This document shows positions 10,080 to 22,624 of a stretch of DNA of 48,277 bases, one piece after another (position 1 is the stretch's first letter; each line of letters opens with the position of its first letter). The DNA is taken from assembly GCF_001194135.2 (NCBI RefSeq), contig NC_068985.1:55945238-55993514 (forward strand). Direction: 5' to 3'. This DNA is from Octopus bimaculoides. Lineage: Eukaryota. Position numbers and translations under genes: made by a program. The notes under the pieces are model-generated. The model did not search any database. It had not been told where the DNA came from and worked only from the letters and a program-made list of their open reading frames with translations.

Positions 10080-10740
10080 ATTACACACCTAACAGAGCAT
10101 ACTTGCATCATTTCTTCCTAGCCTTCACAAAACCTCCTCACACAAGACCCACATGTCATTACTTTGCAACATTGCACTTCACACAAAAATATTGTGGAAT
10201 TTGAGAGAAAAAACTTTTATTACCAGTGAAGCTCCCTAATGTTCCTCACCTCATTCTTACTTTTTCAGAACTCTCATCTCCACTGCTAATTAGGTCACCT
10301 TCATAACAAAAGCTATAAACTATTGCTAGGAAGTATTCAAAGCTTTTAAAAACATTCATTTCATATATACTCTTTTCCTTTCTCTGCTAACAACTCCTCT
10401 GTACCTGTCACATATGAAGTCTACCATCTGTCAGAATGTTTGTGATCTCACTACACTTTGTGCTTCCATAGATTACAATGAGCACACTATATAGAATTCT
10501 TACCTACTCCTTTTCTACATGTCAAACATAGTTTTTCCTGATGGCAGCAGGGTACGGTTTTTTTTTTTCCTGGTGACTAAAACTGTCTTTGCTAAGTTTA
10601 CTTTGAGGTCTCTTGGTACTAAGTTTAAAATTTCCTCTCTAAATCTCTGACCAACTTATCTATAGGAATTAAGTCATCCAGATTGCAAGCATTCCCACAG
10701 ACAACTGGTTTTAAACACCTCTGTTGTGGCCTGAAGAACC
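10080..10740 (-). mobile_element. Highly decayed RTE LINE fragment
   Basis: Frameshifted pieces such as DLKVNLAKTVLV and GDLISSG resemble RTE ORF2; boundaries approximate. Confidence 0.45.
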
Positions 10741-10828
10741 ATAATAGGACTGAAATGAGAGCAGAGCCCTGATGTGCACCAAACTGTACTCAAAACAATT
10801 CAAAATTGTTCAGAAGTAAAATACTCAC

Positions 10829-11032
10829 AGAGTCCATCCACAAGAGATACTCCCAGCACTGCTCTACAGTAAATTCTATCAAATGGAACAGGTTACGTGA
10901 TTTAATGCTGCTTGTGATGTAATTCATATAACTGAGGGCATTGTCAATAGACTGTTTCTTGGTGCAGAGCAAAATCATGTTGAAATTGGCAAATACTATC
11001 AAAGAACCAAGTCGCTGGAATTCAGCTATCAG
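10829..11032 (-). CDS. POLE: POLE exon LIAEFQRLGSLIVFANFNMILLCTKK...CWEYLLWMDS
   Basis: TTCACAG acceptor, GTGAGT donor; 204 nt. Confidence 0.97.
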
Positions 11033-11647
11033 CTGTGAATTGGAAGGAAATAGAGTTTATAATTAAATATAGAAGTATGAGAGATGATTAAATATATACG
11101 AATGAAATGGCATTGAGGACGGTTAAATATTAGAAAATATATATACAGCATGGTTGTTAAGTTATGCAAATTTGAAAGGACATTCTATAGAAGCATGCAT
11201 GATGGCTGTGTGATTTAGAAATTTGCTTCCCAACTATGTGATTTTGGGTTCAGTCCAAATACATAGTACCTTGGGCAACTGTCTTCTACTATAGCTCTAG
11301 ACTGACCAAAGCTTTGTGAGTGAATTAGGCAGAAGCTTGACATGTGTATGTGTGTATATGTATGTATATGTGAGTATGTGTGCTTTCTGTTTTGTCATCA
11401 CACAATAGTTGTAAATGAGTATCCCCATCATACAAGGTGTTATTCATTTCCAATCTTCCATTAAAACATATCTGGCCAAGGGGAAATATTACCATTCTTG
11501 AAAACAAGTTAAAGTTGGCAACAGGAAGGGCTTCTTGCCTTGAAAATTTGCCTCAACAAATCTCATCTGATCCATGCAACCATGGAAATATTGATGTTAA
11601 AACGATGATGATAAAGATAATGAAGGAGGATTTCATGAGGTAATTAC

Positions 11648-11732
11648 CTGAAGGAAAATTTTCCTCATCATTCCATTAAGTGTTCTTCGCAAGGCTGGAT
11701 CATATAAAAGGGCTGTGGGAGATCGCAACCAC
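11648..11732 (-). CDS. POLE: POLE exon [28 protein letters not shown]
   Basis: CTCACAG acceptor, CAG|GTAATT donor; WLRSPxxLLYDPAL motif. Confidence 0.97.
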
Positions 11733-12055
11733 CTGTGAGGAGAAGACAAAGATCTGAGATGTTTCCACAGTCAATGAAGTTCAATTTGAATACAACAAAG
11801 TCATCTTGTGAGGAATTAATAAATCTGCCAACACCCATAGTGCATCAGTCTGTTGTGACCCACAGATATGCTGTTTCCTTTTTCTGTCTTTTCTATTACT
11901 ACTATAATGGCCTCTGCTCTTACCTCCACCTCGTGCCCTTACTGCTGAGTCCAACATCCACACTGGACCACACTAATCCCCATACCTAGAACATTGCTCT
12001 GGAATCTTCTCCCTTGCTCATGTCTGATGTATAACAGCTTAAATGAAACATTAAT

Positions 12056-12281
12056 GAGCTGGCAGAAACGTTAGCACGCCGGGCGAAATGCTTAGAGGTA
12101 TTTCATCTGCCTTTACGTTCTGAGTTCAAATTCCGCCAGGGTCGACTTTGCCTTTCATCCTTTCGGGGTCGATAAATTAAGTACAAGTTACACACTGGGG
12201 TCGATGTAATCGACTTAACCCCTTTGTCTGTCCTTGTTTGTCCCCTCTATGTTTAGCCCCTTGTGGGTAATAAAGAAATAA
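12056..12281 (+). mobile_element. Young tRNA-derived SINE with a conserved central domain (GCCTTTCATCCTTTCGGGGTCGATAAA)
   Basis: A box TGGCAGAAACG, B box GAGTTCAAATTCC; 13-bp TSD GAAACATTAATGA (12045-12057, 12282-12294). Degenerate copies near 7040-7250, 12460-12620, 13370-13660, 24050-24605, 26600-27050, 30905-31080 and 43625-43830. Confidence 0.85.
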
Positions 12282-12960
12282 GAAACATTAATGATGTCAA
12301 CTCAATGATCTTGGAGGACCTGCAAGTGTTGTGGGCACTGCCCTTCCTTCAGATCAACTCCTTTCAAACAAATTTATAACCATCCCATCTTTATCCTGTG
12401 TGTAAGGAACCCACAACAGATCCAAAATGTCAGATATGGTTATTTTACTTCCCTAAATAATTGTAATTACATCAAACCCAGTATGTGATTGGCACTTTAT
12501 TTTATCAATCCCAAAATGATGACAGGTACAGTTAACCTCAGTGGGATTTGAACTCAGAATGCAAAGAGCCGGAAGAAATGCCACAAAGCATTTTTACTGA
12601 TGTGCTAACAATTCTGCCAGAACAACAACTAGTATTTTGAGGAAATGCATAAATGTCTGAAATCTCATAGTTTTCTCATCACGCAAGAAGGAGTGGATAT
12701 TCACAAAAGAAATGAGGCAGAGCCCATGACCTGTACATGTGAGATGGATATGGTTGAGATTGAGTTTCATATCTGTTGAGGTGGAGAGGGAATTAAAAGG
12801 TGTTGATTCTCCAGGAAGGACTGATTGGGTAAACTGTGAGAAATCTGGAAGATGAGGTATAACAAGGATGATGATGATGATAGAGAGAGAGGTGGGGTAT
12901 CAAGTGCACCAGTGTGTAAAGAGGGAGACTGTAGTACATGTACATAGTTTACTAGATTAA

Positions 12961-13178
12961 CCCTTATATTACCATATTTCTGTGAAAATATGCTGCCTTT
13001 GTTTCAGTTGATTTGAAAAATAATGAAGAATTTAGTAAAATGACTGCCACTATTAAGCTACTGCCTGCAACATAATTCAACATAGAAATTTGATGGACAG
13101 TTCTAATTTAGGTCACTTTAAAACAAAGTTTGTATCATAAAATCAATGGTGGATTCAGGTGGATTGGTATCTAAAGGG
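12961..13178. mobile_element. piggyBac-type MITE
   Basis: TTAA|CCCTT...AAGGG|TTAA; related copy at about 21770-21963. Confidence 0.75.
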
Positions 13179-13824
13179 TTAAAGCAGCATAGGGCTGTTA
13201 CAGTGGTATAACAGTAGAAGTGACAGCAGACACTGTACCCCTGTGACTTACCGATTGTAAAGTATTTCATTGTTACTAATCAGTTGAATGACATTTTTTT
13301 GTACATGATCCAGGATGTGTGTATATGTAGCAGCATAGCAGTGCTATACCAAGGATGTGATCAATACTTCAATATTGGTTTCAAATTTTGGCACAAGGCC
13401 AGCAATTTATGGAAAGGGGCTAAGTTGATGACATTGACCCCAATGATCAACTCATACTTATTTTATCGACCCCTAAAGGTTGAAAGGCAAAGTTAGAACA
13501 TAAAGACATCTTTATCCTGTGTTCAGGGAACCCACAACAGATCCAAAATGTCAGATATGGTTATTTTACTTCCCTAATTAGAACATAAAGACAAGACGAA
13601 ATGTTGCTAAGCATTTTGCCCAGTGTGCTTACAATTCTGCCAGCTTGCTGCCTTTGATCAGTTCTTCAATATTGGTCACAAGTCTGAACTCCTTGTGACA
13701 TCAAGGCAGAATCACATTAAACTATGTCCAGAATTAATTAAGTATGACTTTTGTGTCATCAGCTGGAAACAATAACTTTAAAGAAACAAAAAAAAAAAAA
13801 ACAACTGCATGTAGAAAGACCTAC

Positions 13825-13914
13825 CGATAGAAGTGTACAATCTGGTTGTCAGCAAAAACATTTTTGTAAGCTGTCACATCTCTAACCCAACCTTGAATCA
13901 TGGTTTTCAGGATT
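13825..13914 (-). CDS. POLE: POLE exon [29 protein letters not shown](R)
   Basis: T-rich tract plus CAG acceptor, CG|GTAGGT donor; 90 nt. Confidence 0.97.
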
Positions 13915-14944
13915 CTGAAAAAAAAAAAAAAATCACAAGACATTTGCATAAGGGACATGTTAGAAAAAGAGGAAAAGATACCCCACATTGTAATAAATTC
14001 CTCAAAAATATACAAAATTATATTACCATATTTGATGGCATATAAGATGCACTATTTTCCAACAAATATGTCTTGAAAAAACTCATTCTGGGTCCTATAT
14101 GAAAAGTTGGGCTTACATTACATATAGAACCATTTTTTCTGAACATGTGCTGCTGAAATTGGGATGCACTTAATACATCAGTGCATCTTTTATGCCATCA
14201 AATGTGGTAGTCCCTGAGGACTTGCTTCATAACTAGTCTTAATCAGATCAGTGGCTAATAGGGGTACTACCATCAACTTAAGTAAAGTTGGGTGGGTGGG
14301 AATCACTCGCCTAAACATAATTACTGTTGCTAGGCATCATCTCCATTGTAATAACGATTTTTATTTCAGGCACAAAGCCACAAATTTTAAGAGAGGGATG
14401 TCATTGCTATCATCCTTTAACATCCATCTTCCATGCTGGCAAGCAGGGGAGCTGCACCAGGTTCCAGCCTGATGCAGCTCTCCAGCTTTGGATGTTTTGA
14501 TTTAATCTCTAGTACTGGTGCCACAATAAAATACATCCAGTACACAAAGTAAAGTGGTTGATGAGAGAGAAAGAGAGAGAGTGAGAGAGATCATAAGGTC
14601 AAGGGGGTCCCTAAGTTTTTTTGATGTCAAGGACATGGCAACCAGTACACATATTTAGTTGTTCTTAGGAAGGGTCCTGGCTGTAGAAACGACAAAATGA
14701 AAATGGACAAGCGAGGTGTGGTCTTGGAACCACATTTAAGAGATACCAACTCTGCATAAGAGCTGGTTTTAGTCATGGTCAACTCATCAAACCAAGCCAA
14801 TATGTAAAGCAGATAACACTGGTAATGAATCAGCCCAGAAACCCTAAAAGCAAAATAAATCTTGGTAGGGACAAATTAAAGATTTTTTTTCTAAGTACAT
14901 TATTGAAAAGTTTTATGTAAGAAGAGAGGAGAATAGGTGATTTA

Positions 14945-15340
14945 CTAAACCTGGGAGAAGTTTTGGAAGAGGGAGACCCATGAAGACATGGGACAAAGTA
15001 TTGAAGGCCCATCTCAAAACGCTGTACCTAACGACGGGGATAACAGAGGACCAAGATATGTGGCACATTGCTGTACTAGGGAAGACCTGCTCACCACAAG
15101 AGAACTGAGATCCTAAAACCAGGGTGTCATGTAAAAAACAGTGGTGTGGGTGCTGGTGCTATGTAAAAAGCACCGATGATGGTGCCACATAAAAAGCACT
15201 CAGTCCACTCTGTGGAGTGGTTGGCGTTAGGAATGGCATTCAGCCATAGAAACCAAACGATAACAGACTATGGAACCTGATGCAGCCCCTGTCAAGCCAT
15301 ACCAGTATGGAAAACAGACATTAAATGTTCTTGATGATGA
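14945..15340 (+). mobile_element. Decayed RTE ORF2 C-terminus plus 3' UTR
   Basis: Translates GRGRPMKTWDKVLKAHLKTL...DQDMWHIAV, similar to the intact RTE piece at 34212-34733. Confidence 0.65.
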
Positions 15341-15470
15341 TGATGATGATGGTGATGATGGTGATGGTGATGATGGTGATGGTGGTGATGATGATGATGA
15401 TGATGGTGGTGATGGTGATGGTGGTGATGGTGATGATGATGAGGAGGAGGAGGAGGAGGAAGAGGAGGAG
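15324..15470. repeat. Compound GAT/GGT/GAG trinucleotide microsatellite
   Basis: Read directly; source of the spurious poly-D/G/E, poly-S/P and poly-M/V ORFs. Confidence 0.95.
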
Positions 15471-15785
15471 ATCATTTGTATGCGTATTAAATTTTGGTTT
15501 CTTTTCTAATTAAGTACAAGCTCCTTTTAGAGAGGAGATGAATATAACTGGTTCATCAGACATCAGTATATTACTATTATTTACATGAAATGAACAGAAT
15601 AGTCCACTCTGATTCAGGATCACAGAGAACAATTTTATCAGGAATACAAAGTTTCTGTCAAGCTTCCTTCCCAAAATGTGAATGCTTATCTTCAATATCT
15701 GAAAAGATTTTGAGGCCCCAGGAAATATCGTACTTTTACCTGCTTAAATATATAATCATAGAAATTTATGTGAGAAAGGAGTAGT

Positions 15786-15786
<1 letters not shown>

Positions 15787-15852
<66 letters not shown>
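15787..15852. repeat. (AG)n microsatellite
   Basis: Read directly; about 60 nt downstream of the POLE donor at 15912. Confidence 0.97.
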
Positions 15853-15856
<4 letters not shown>

Positions 15857-15912
15857 GCGGACAGAGGAACAGTAAGAACATGCTCAATGATAGCTATTTC
15901 ACAGTGTCTTAC

Positions 15913-16061
15913 CTGAAAGTAACTGAGCACAGAGCTGTTTCATCATAACTGGTCAACATTGTGGCTGCACCTTGGCCTTGCATCATTTCCTCCAAAGAAG
16001 TCCGGGGCATGAGGTCAAAACTGACTGCACTTGCTCCCTCTACATCACTGACATGGGCAGA
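15913..16061 (-). CDS. POLE: POLE exon [19 protein letters not shown]...[12 protein letters not shown](R)
   Basis: TTGCAG acceptor, AG|GTAAGA donor; SYDETALC motif. Confidence 0.97.
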
Positions 16062-16695
16062 CTGCAAATACACACAACAAAATAGAATTTTAATAATGGC
16101 ACTCAGGTTACTTCTATTTCTTGAATTAAAACAGGAAACTATTTGGAAATGATACTGCTCAGAAACCAAGGCATGAAGACATAGTGTAGTAAAGTTTTAA
16201 CTGGAAATGAATTTAAAATTTAGAAGTTAACTTGTCAAATTGACCCATTAATCCTACACATCCTGTACTATACAAACCTGCTCAGCACCACATCAGTCTA
16301 TCAGTTCTATACCACCTGAAATCACAAATCCTTTGGAGATGATATCCAGTGTAAAGTATATATTTCTTCTAAACACAGTTTGATGTCTGATTTCAATCTG
16401 TTTGATTCTTTATCAAGTAACTTGAATAAAATATTATCCGAGGATGGTTGGACTGTGAACCTTTAACAAGTGTTGCTGATCCAAAATTACCTTTATAACT
16501 TGATGTGAAGCCTGTTGATTTTTTATTTCCAACATTGTTACTGGGCATCAGCTACATCAGTCTTTTCACTCAAGGAGAACCTACAGATATCATACAGCCT
16601 AGACCTCCTTTCCTGACAAACTTAATATAAATTGAAAATGCTAAATACAAATCTCGCAACAGATAGTAAGTGCTTATTGTTGATATTTTACAAAC

Positions 16696-16810
16696 CTCAA
16701 TAACTGTATTGACAGCCAAACTTGACATGTCCAACTCCAGACATACTGTAGAATATGCTCCTGGTTTGTTCACCTCCACTGTAGTTTTCTCTTCAAGTTC
16801 CATACACAAC
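16696..16810 (-). CDS. POLE: POLE exon LCMELEEKTTVEVNKPGAYSTVCLELDMSSLAVNTVIE
   Basis: AACTAG acceptor, GAG|GTTTGT donor; 115 nt. Confidence 0.95.
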
Positions 16811-17015
16811 CTAGTTTGTTATTTATAGTAAAAGTAGAAAGTATGTCAAAAGTTTTAAACATAAAAATGCTTTGATCTTTTGCATGATAATTATTGAACA
16901 AGTGAATTTCGATGAATAACTTGCATAAAGTTGTATTCTAATGAATATTTATTGTACAAGTGTATTTTGGTGGCTATATAAATTATAAACAAATATTTTT
17001 GTGAATTTATCTTAA

Positions 17016-18086
17016 TACTAGAAGGACTGAGTGTGTCAAATGACACATTTCAAAACCTTAATTGCACACAATTGAAAAACTATTGTAGATTTTGACATCA
17101 TCGTGCTTGACTTTTCATAGTTTTATGATATCTATATATCCTATAAATTATAGGTTGTTTGCACCAACTGTAAAAAGAAAAATAAACCACATGCATCAAT
17201 GGACACATTTGGCAACTTTTGAAATTTGCACCTGCTTCTGTTTATAAATACATGTGACAACATTTTAGATATTCAGTAATTGCAAAGCCTTTACAATTCC
17301 CAAAACAAAACTGCAATTTAGTCAGAACAATTCATCAGAAAAGAAGAGAATTACCAGAAGCAGTAAAACAGGTGAAATCAGTCCATGAAACTGGTTTTGA
17401 AATTTGGAGAAACCTACTGTCACACATCGTACCAGTGAAAGAAACTGAAGCCTGTTGTTTTGAGTGCCTTACATAAACATATAGAAGTTCCTTCTGAAAA
17501 TAACCCCAAGAAGAAGCCTGACACCATACTTTTTTATATAAAAAATATGGTAGGCATAGATGTGCTTGACCAAAGCAAGCAGTAGATGATGACCAATGCA
17601 CGTTTTTTATAATATATTCAATATTGTTCTTATAAACAGCTGCGTAATATAGACAAGTGCTTGCAACTCAGTCACTAGTCAATGGGAATATATTCAAAAA
17701 GTTGATAAAAAAACTTTGTGGTGATTCACCCCATGGTCGTCCATGTACTATCAAATGCCCTATCGAGGAAACATCTACCTCTAGAAATAAAGTCAGAAAT
17801 ACATGCGTGAAAACAAAATGCCAAAACAGAACCACAGAAATGTAAAATAACCTCTCTGTGGCAAATGTGCACTAAACATTGCGATGAATGTTTAGAATTT
17901 CAATAAATTTCTTTCAAAATATCGAACTACTGCCACTAATATCATCGTGAAGTCATAAAATTCAATACATTTAATAAAGGCTTTCTACTTCTTTTCTGTC
18001 TTTTCCTTTTAAATTGAAAAACATCTTTGCGTCAATTGACACATTCTGGTGCTTAAAGGTAGGTGAAAAGTTCGATCTTTCTAGTG
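17016..18086 (+). mobile_element. Internally deleted piggyBac transposon with decayed transposase
   Basis: TTAA at 17012-17015 and 18087-18090; ends TACTAGAAGG / CTTTCTAGTG. Remnant motifs TCDN, NPKKKPDTILFY...GIDVLDQ, PMHVFYNIFNIVLINS and a Cys-rich tail. Confidence 0.85.
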
Positions 18087-18883
18087 TTAAAGCTGTGGCC
18101 TTGTAATGAATACTAATTTTAAAACTTGTGTGTCTTGATACTGCTTCTATGATGATGTTAGTTTAAAACTCATGTGATGTCAAGGCAAGAATACAAACAC
18201 ACATATATGACAAGCTTCTTTTAGTTTCCATCTACCAAATCCACTCACAATGCTGTGGTCAATCCAGAGCTGCAGTAGAAGACACTTGCCCTAGGCTGTG
18301 TGTAGTAGGACATGATTGAGAAACAATACCTGCATTATTGATACACTATTAAGATATAGTTATCAGTAATTACATTTTAATAATGTGTCATGACAAGCAA
18401 TATTTCAATGGCATATATTGGCCAATATTTTAATGGTGTATCTTCATCAATAATTATGTTTCAATTGTGCATACTGACCGTTTATTTATTTGACTTAGAA
18501 AATTTTCAAAAGATTTCCTGATCTACTTGGTATTTTAAAATTTTATTTTAATGTCATTTGTTGTCAATAATTCTGTATCACATATCTTCATTGTATTTGG
18601 AATCACAGAAATGGTCCTACCTCATTGCAAGTGGAACCACTTTCAATAAAACTCATCTCCAATTTAGTGACATAGCTTACCAGAAAATTCTCAGTGAAAT
18701 GAGTATCTTGGACACTAATTATATTTAATGAGATATTTAGATCAAGTTAATTTCATGGTGTATCTGAAAAATAATGCTCTAATGGAGTATGTTGACCAAC
18801 AGATATTTTAAATCTTGAACAATAACTATATTTTAAAAGTGTGTCTTCTAAACTAAGAGGAAGAATATTGTCCGATTACTGAC

Positions 18884-19147
18884 CGATGGTCATCAGCTTC
18901 TTTGCCACCCAGATCAGGTCGGTCAGACAAGGAACACCAGAGTAAGTGGTTGTGTTTCTGGAGATGTCGGGCAAAAAAGAGGTCACATCCAAACATTGTG
19001 ATGTCACTGGGTATGTTACCCAAAGGAATGTGTAGATATCGGCACTGTTCCAGCATCACTTGCAAGATGAGTTTCACATTCATGTAATGTTGAAGCATTC
19101 TTCGACTGCCAACTCTCTGCCAATCCAGCACATTGTATAGAGTGTTA
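18884..19147 (-). CDS. POLE: POLE exon [17 protein letters not shown]...[12 protein letters not shown](R), start of the DUF1744-like region
   Basis: ORF 18853..19173; ATTTCAG acceptor, CG|GTCAGT donor; [16 protein letters not shown] motif. Confidence 0.98.
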
Positions 19148-20379
19148 CTGAAATAAAGATAAATTGTAAACAATTAAAACATCAACACAATGGGGGAAAG
19201 AGTGAAAGGCTAATAAAAGATAAAGTAATTGAAGAGAGTCTGAAAAGCAGCCATATGTTGGTTATTGGTGAGAAAATCGAATAGGGAACCAGTATGAGTG
19301 AGATAGCAATAAAGATGTGTAAAAAGTAAAGCAAGAGATGGGCAATGGTAAAAGACAATGGTGTATATCAATGAAAATGGAAGGATACAGGGAAAAAGTA
19401 TTGAAACAAATACCTTATATCTTAGCTAGTTCTTTCTTTTTGAGTTCAAATCTCAACAAGGTTGACTTTAACTTTCATCCTTCTGGAGTTTGTATATAAA
19501 ATGCCAACATAAAGCTATGGATTGTAATAATTATTATATCATTGGAAAAAATGCTTTCCAGTTCTTTATGTTCTGAATTTCTAGGCAAGTGTGGCGAATG
19601 TGTCTGTTATACTCATCAAAGAAACATGTCTTTTATTGAATGTTTCTGTGATGGCTCTCCATGTCTTCCCCACCAACAACAATTAGCACCACTACCGCCA
19701 CCACACCATTTATTGTCTATCTTCCTTACTGGTATCAGTTGTATAGTTCAACAGGATCTGATAAGCCAGATAACTGCATCAAGCTCCAATGTCTGCTTTG
19801 CTGTGGTTTTTATAGCTGGATCATCATCCTTTAACATCCAATTTCCATGCTGGCATAGGTTGGATGGTTTGAGCTGGAAAGCTAGAGAGCTGCACCAGGT
19901 TCCAGTTGCTTGGTTTCTATGGCTGGATGCTCTTGCTAACACCAGCCACTTTACAGTGTGTGCTGGGTGCTTTTAACATGGCACCAGCAAAGGATTCTTG
20001 CAAGCCAATCATCTTCACCAAGGGATGCTGCCTTAACACTTCTGCCATGGAAGATGGGTCTTTTTCAGTACAGCAAGGTGCCAGGTATTTTGCTCTGTTG
20101 TCATCACGTCTGAAAGGTTCAACACTCTGAGTGTTCTACATAATCTTGACTTATCTAATTTGGTAGTATAAGTCAATTGAAGTTTAGTCTCAGATTATAA
20201 GGAACAATTAAAGAAAATGTGATTTGTTGTAGCAACACAACTACAACATCTTAACTCTCATCTAGTTTGGCAGTTTAAATCTATTGAAGTTTAGTCTCAG
20301 ATAACATGAACAATGCCAGCGAGTATTGAACTGGAGATTGAAGTATGAAAGATAACTGTATGATGCACATCACACCTAC

Positions 20380-20452
20380 CTGTCAGACATGTGAATAGGT
20401 ACCATGGGGAAGTTGATCATCTCTGGCATAGCAGATGTCAGTTGAGAGAAAC
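20380..20452 (-). CDS. POLE: POLE exon (S)FSQLTSAMPEMINFPMVPIHMSD(S)
   Basis: Polypyrimidine tract plus TGTAG acceptor, AG|GTAGGT donor; 73 nt bridges phase 1 to phase 2; FPxVPI motif. Confidence 0.92.
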
Positions 20453-21328
20453 CTACAAGTGAAAAAAAAAACATTAAAAAATTGTTTAAACATTAGAGTT
20501 GTCTGTTTTATAAAGAGATCACAAAAACTATAGGAGAATAAACAAATAATAATAATCTTCACAGTTCTAATATCACTCCTTCATAGTCAGCCTATGGACT
20601 TTTCAGCCTACTCTCATATAACCCCCATATACCTGATGTAAGCAGGAAGGGAGGTTCACTGTTGGAGCACCTTTATTCTAGGGTGAACTTGACCAGGTCC
20701 ACCCAGAGCCAAATAAACAGTAACATAGTGCATCTATAAAAACAGTTCATCATTTAAAGTGGAGTTATTCTGTGTTGCCCATAATGTAACTTGATGATCT
20801 GAACCTAAGCATATAATTATGTAAACAACCAGGAGTAACTTTTTGTAGGATTTCAGTGACTGTTCCCCTCAACCTTACCCAATTTCTACAGCTGCCACAT
20901 CGTCATCATCATCATCATTTAACATCTGTTCATGCAGGCATGGGTTGGATGGTTTGATCAGAGCTAGCAAGCTGGGAAGCTGCAACAGACTCCAGTCTGG
21001 TTTGGTATTTCTACAGCTGGATGCCCTTCCTAATGCCAACCACTTACAGAGTGTGCTGGGTGCTTTTATGTGACACTGCACAGGTGCTTTTACATGGCAC
21101 TGCCAGTTTCCATACTTATCCTCTCCCAACACTTTTTCATAATATTCACCCTCTCACCCATTCCCCATCTTTAACCATCACTCACTCTCCTATATTTTTA
21201 CAACCTCTACTCACCAAACCTTCCTGTTCTCCTGTCCCTATTCACTTTTTTTCACCTTGTACCTTGAGAGTCCACCTTGACACCTCATCACCACCAGTTC
21301 TATTTCTTTCCCTTCTCTCACACTTTAA

Positions 21329-21531
21329 TCCTTTAGCATTTAAACTGGCCATATCTGGTCAAAATATTATACTTATTTTATGTTCAAACAGGCCAGATCA
21401 TGCCTCCCACAATGTCATTCTAAAATTAAACAATTATATTATCTCAAAGCTACAAAATAATGCATGATCAGTTCAAAGCAATGCAAATCAATAAGCATTA
21501 CATCTGCCAGAGTAGTCTGAATGCTAAATGG
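21329..21531. mobile_element. piggyBac-type MITE family with CCCTTTAGCATT-like termini
   Basis: TTAA|TCCTTTAGCATT...AATGCTAAATGG; other copies at about 5890-6107, 30190-30406 and a partial one at 4347-4420. Confidence 0.7.
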
Positions 21532-22557
21532 TTCATCCATCATCCCAGTATAAATCATCTCACTCAATCAAAGGGGATCTTTGTTGTTTAAGCTGCATGG
21601 TGACTCACAAGTATTGGTGCCATAAAGAAAGTACCAGGGCATTCAGCCCCAGAAGCCATGACAAAACAGACATTGGATTATGATGCAGTCTTTGAATCCA
21701 TCAAATCCTGTCAAACTGTCCAGCACATGCCAACATGGAAGATGGATATTAAATGAGTATGATGATGCTACTGCCTTTGATTCAATTAATTTTGAAAATA
21801 ATGAAGAATTTAATAAAATAACTATCATTATTAAGCTGCTGTTTGGAACAAAAATTTGCATAAAATTCTGATGGAAGGTTTTAATTCATATCACTTTGAA
21901 AAATGAAGTTTATACTATAGAATCTGGGGCAGCATCAGGCAAGCTGGTATCAAAAGCGTTAATTTAAAATTTCCCTGAACAGAAATTGCAGCAACTCTAC
22001 ACTTCTCTCTCTCTCTCTACTGCTATTATCAATCAACTAACAGCCTGATATACAAAATAATTGTTTACTCAAACAACCTTGTAGCAACATGACTTCTACA
22101 CAACCAGATCATAATTTCGTTATAATAGTCATAAAATTATGACTCATGAAGATTATATAACACTGCGTTATAGGGCAGCAACTGTTATTTCTTATTTGTT
22201 TACTCCTAGAAAGTATGAAAAGTGGCTGGTATTTCCTTCAAACTTTGTTTTTGTTACACTTATTCAAACCCCAAACATTGCCTCTCAACACATGGCTATG
22301 AAGCTCCCCGACTACTCCTGCTTATGATCAGAGATGCACATATTGTCAGCCACTAAGGGGCATACTCAAGTGAGTAAGGTCAAGCAACTGACAAGCAAAT
22401 CTGTGGTATTGAGCAGAATATTTGCTACAACGATATTTCTGTTTTAGCAACTCAGTGCTGAATCTGTCTGAAATGTAATGGAAAATAGGTCAGTTTCAAA
22501 ACATTGATGAGAATACTGACCAAAAGCAAAAAAAAAAAAAAAAAAAANNNNNNNNNN

Positions 22558-22596
<39 letters not shown>

Positions 22597-22624
22597 GTAA
22601 CACAATGTAATTTGTGACTGATTA

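Noticed and set aside
15227-15513. Poly-S/P, poly-D/G/E and poly-M/V ORFs
   Set aside because: Translations of a compound trinucleotide microsatellite.
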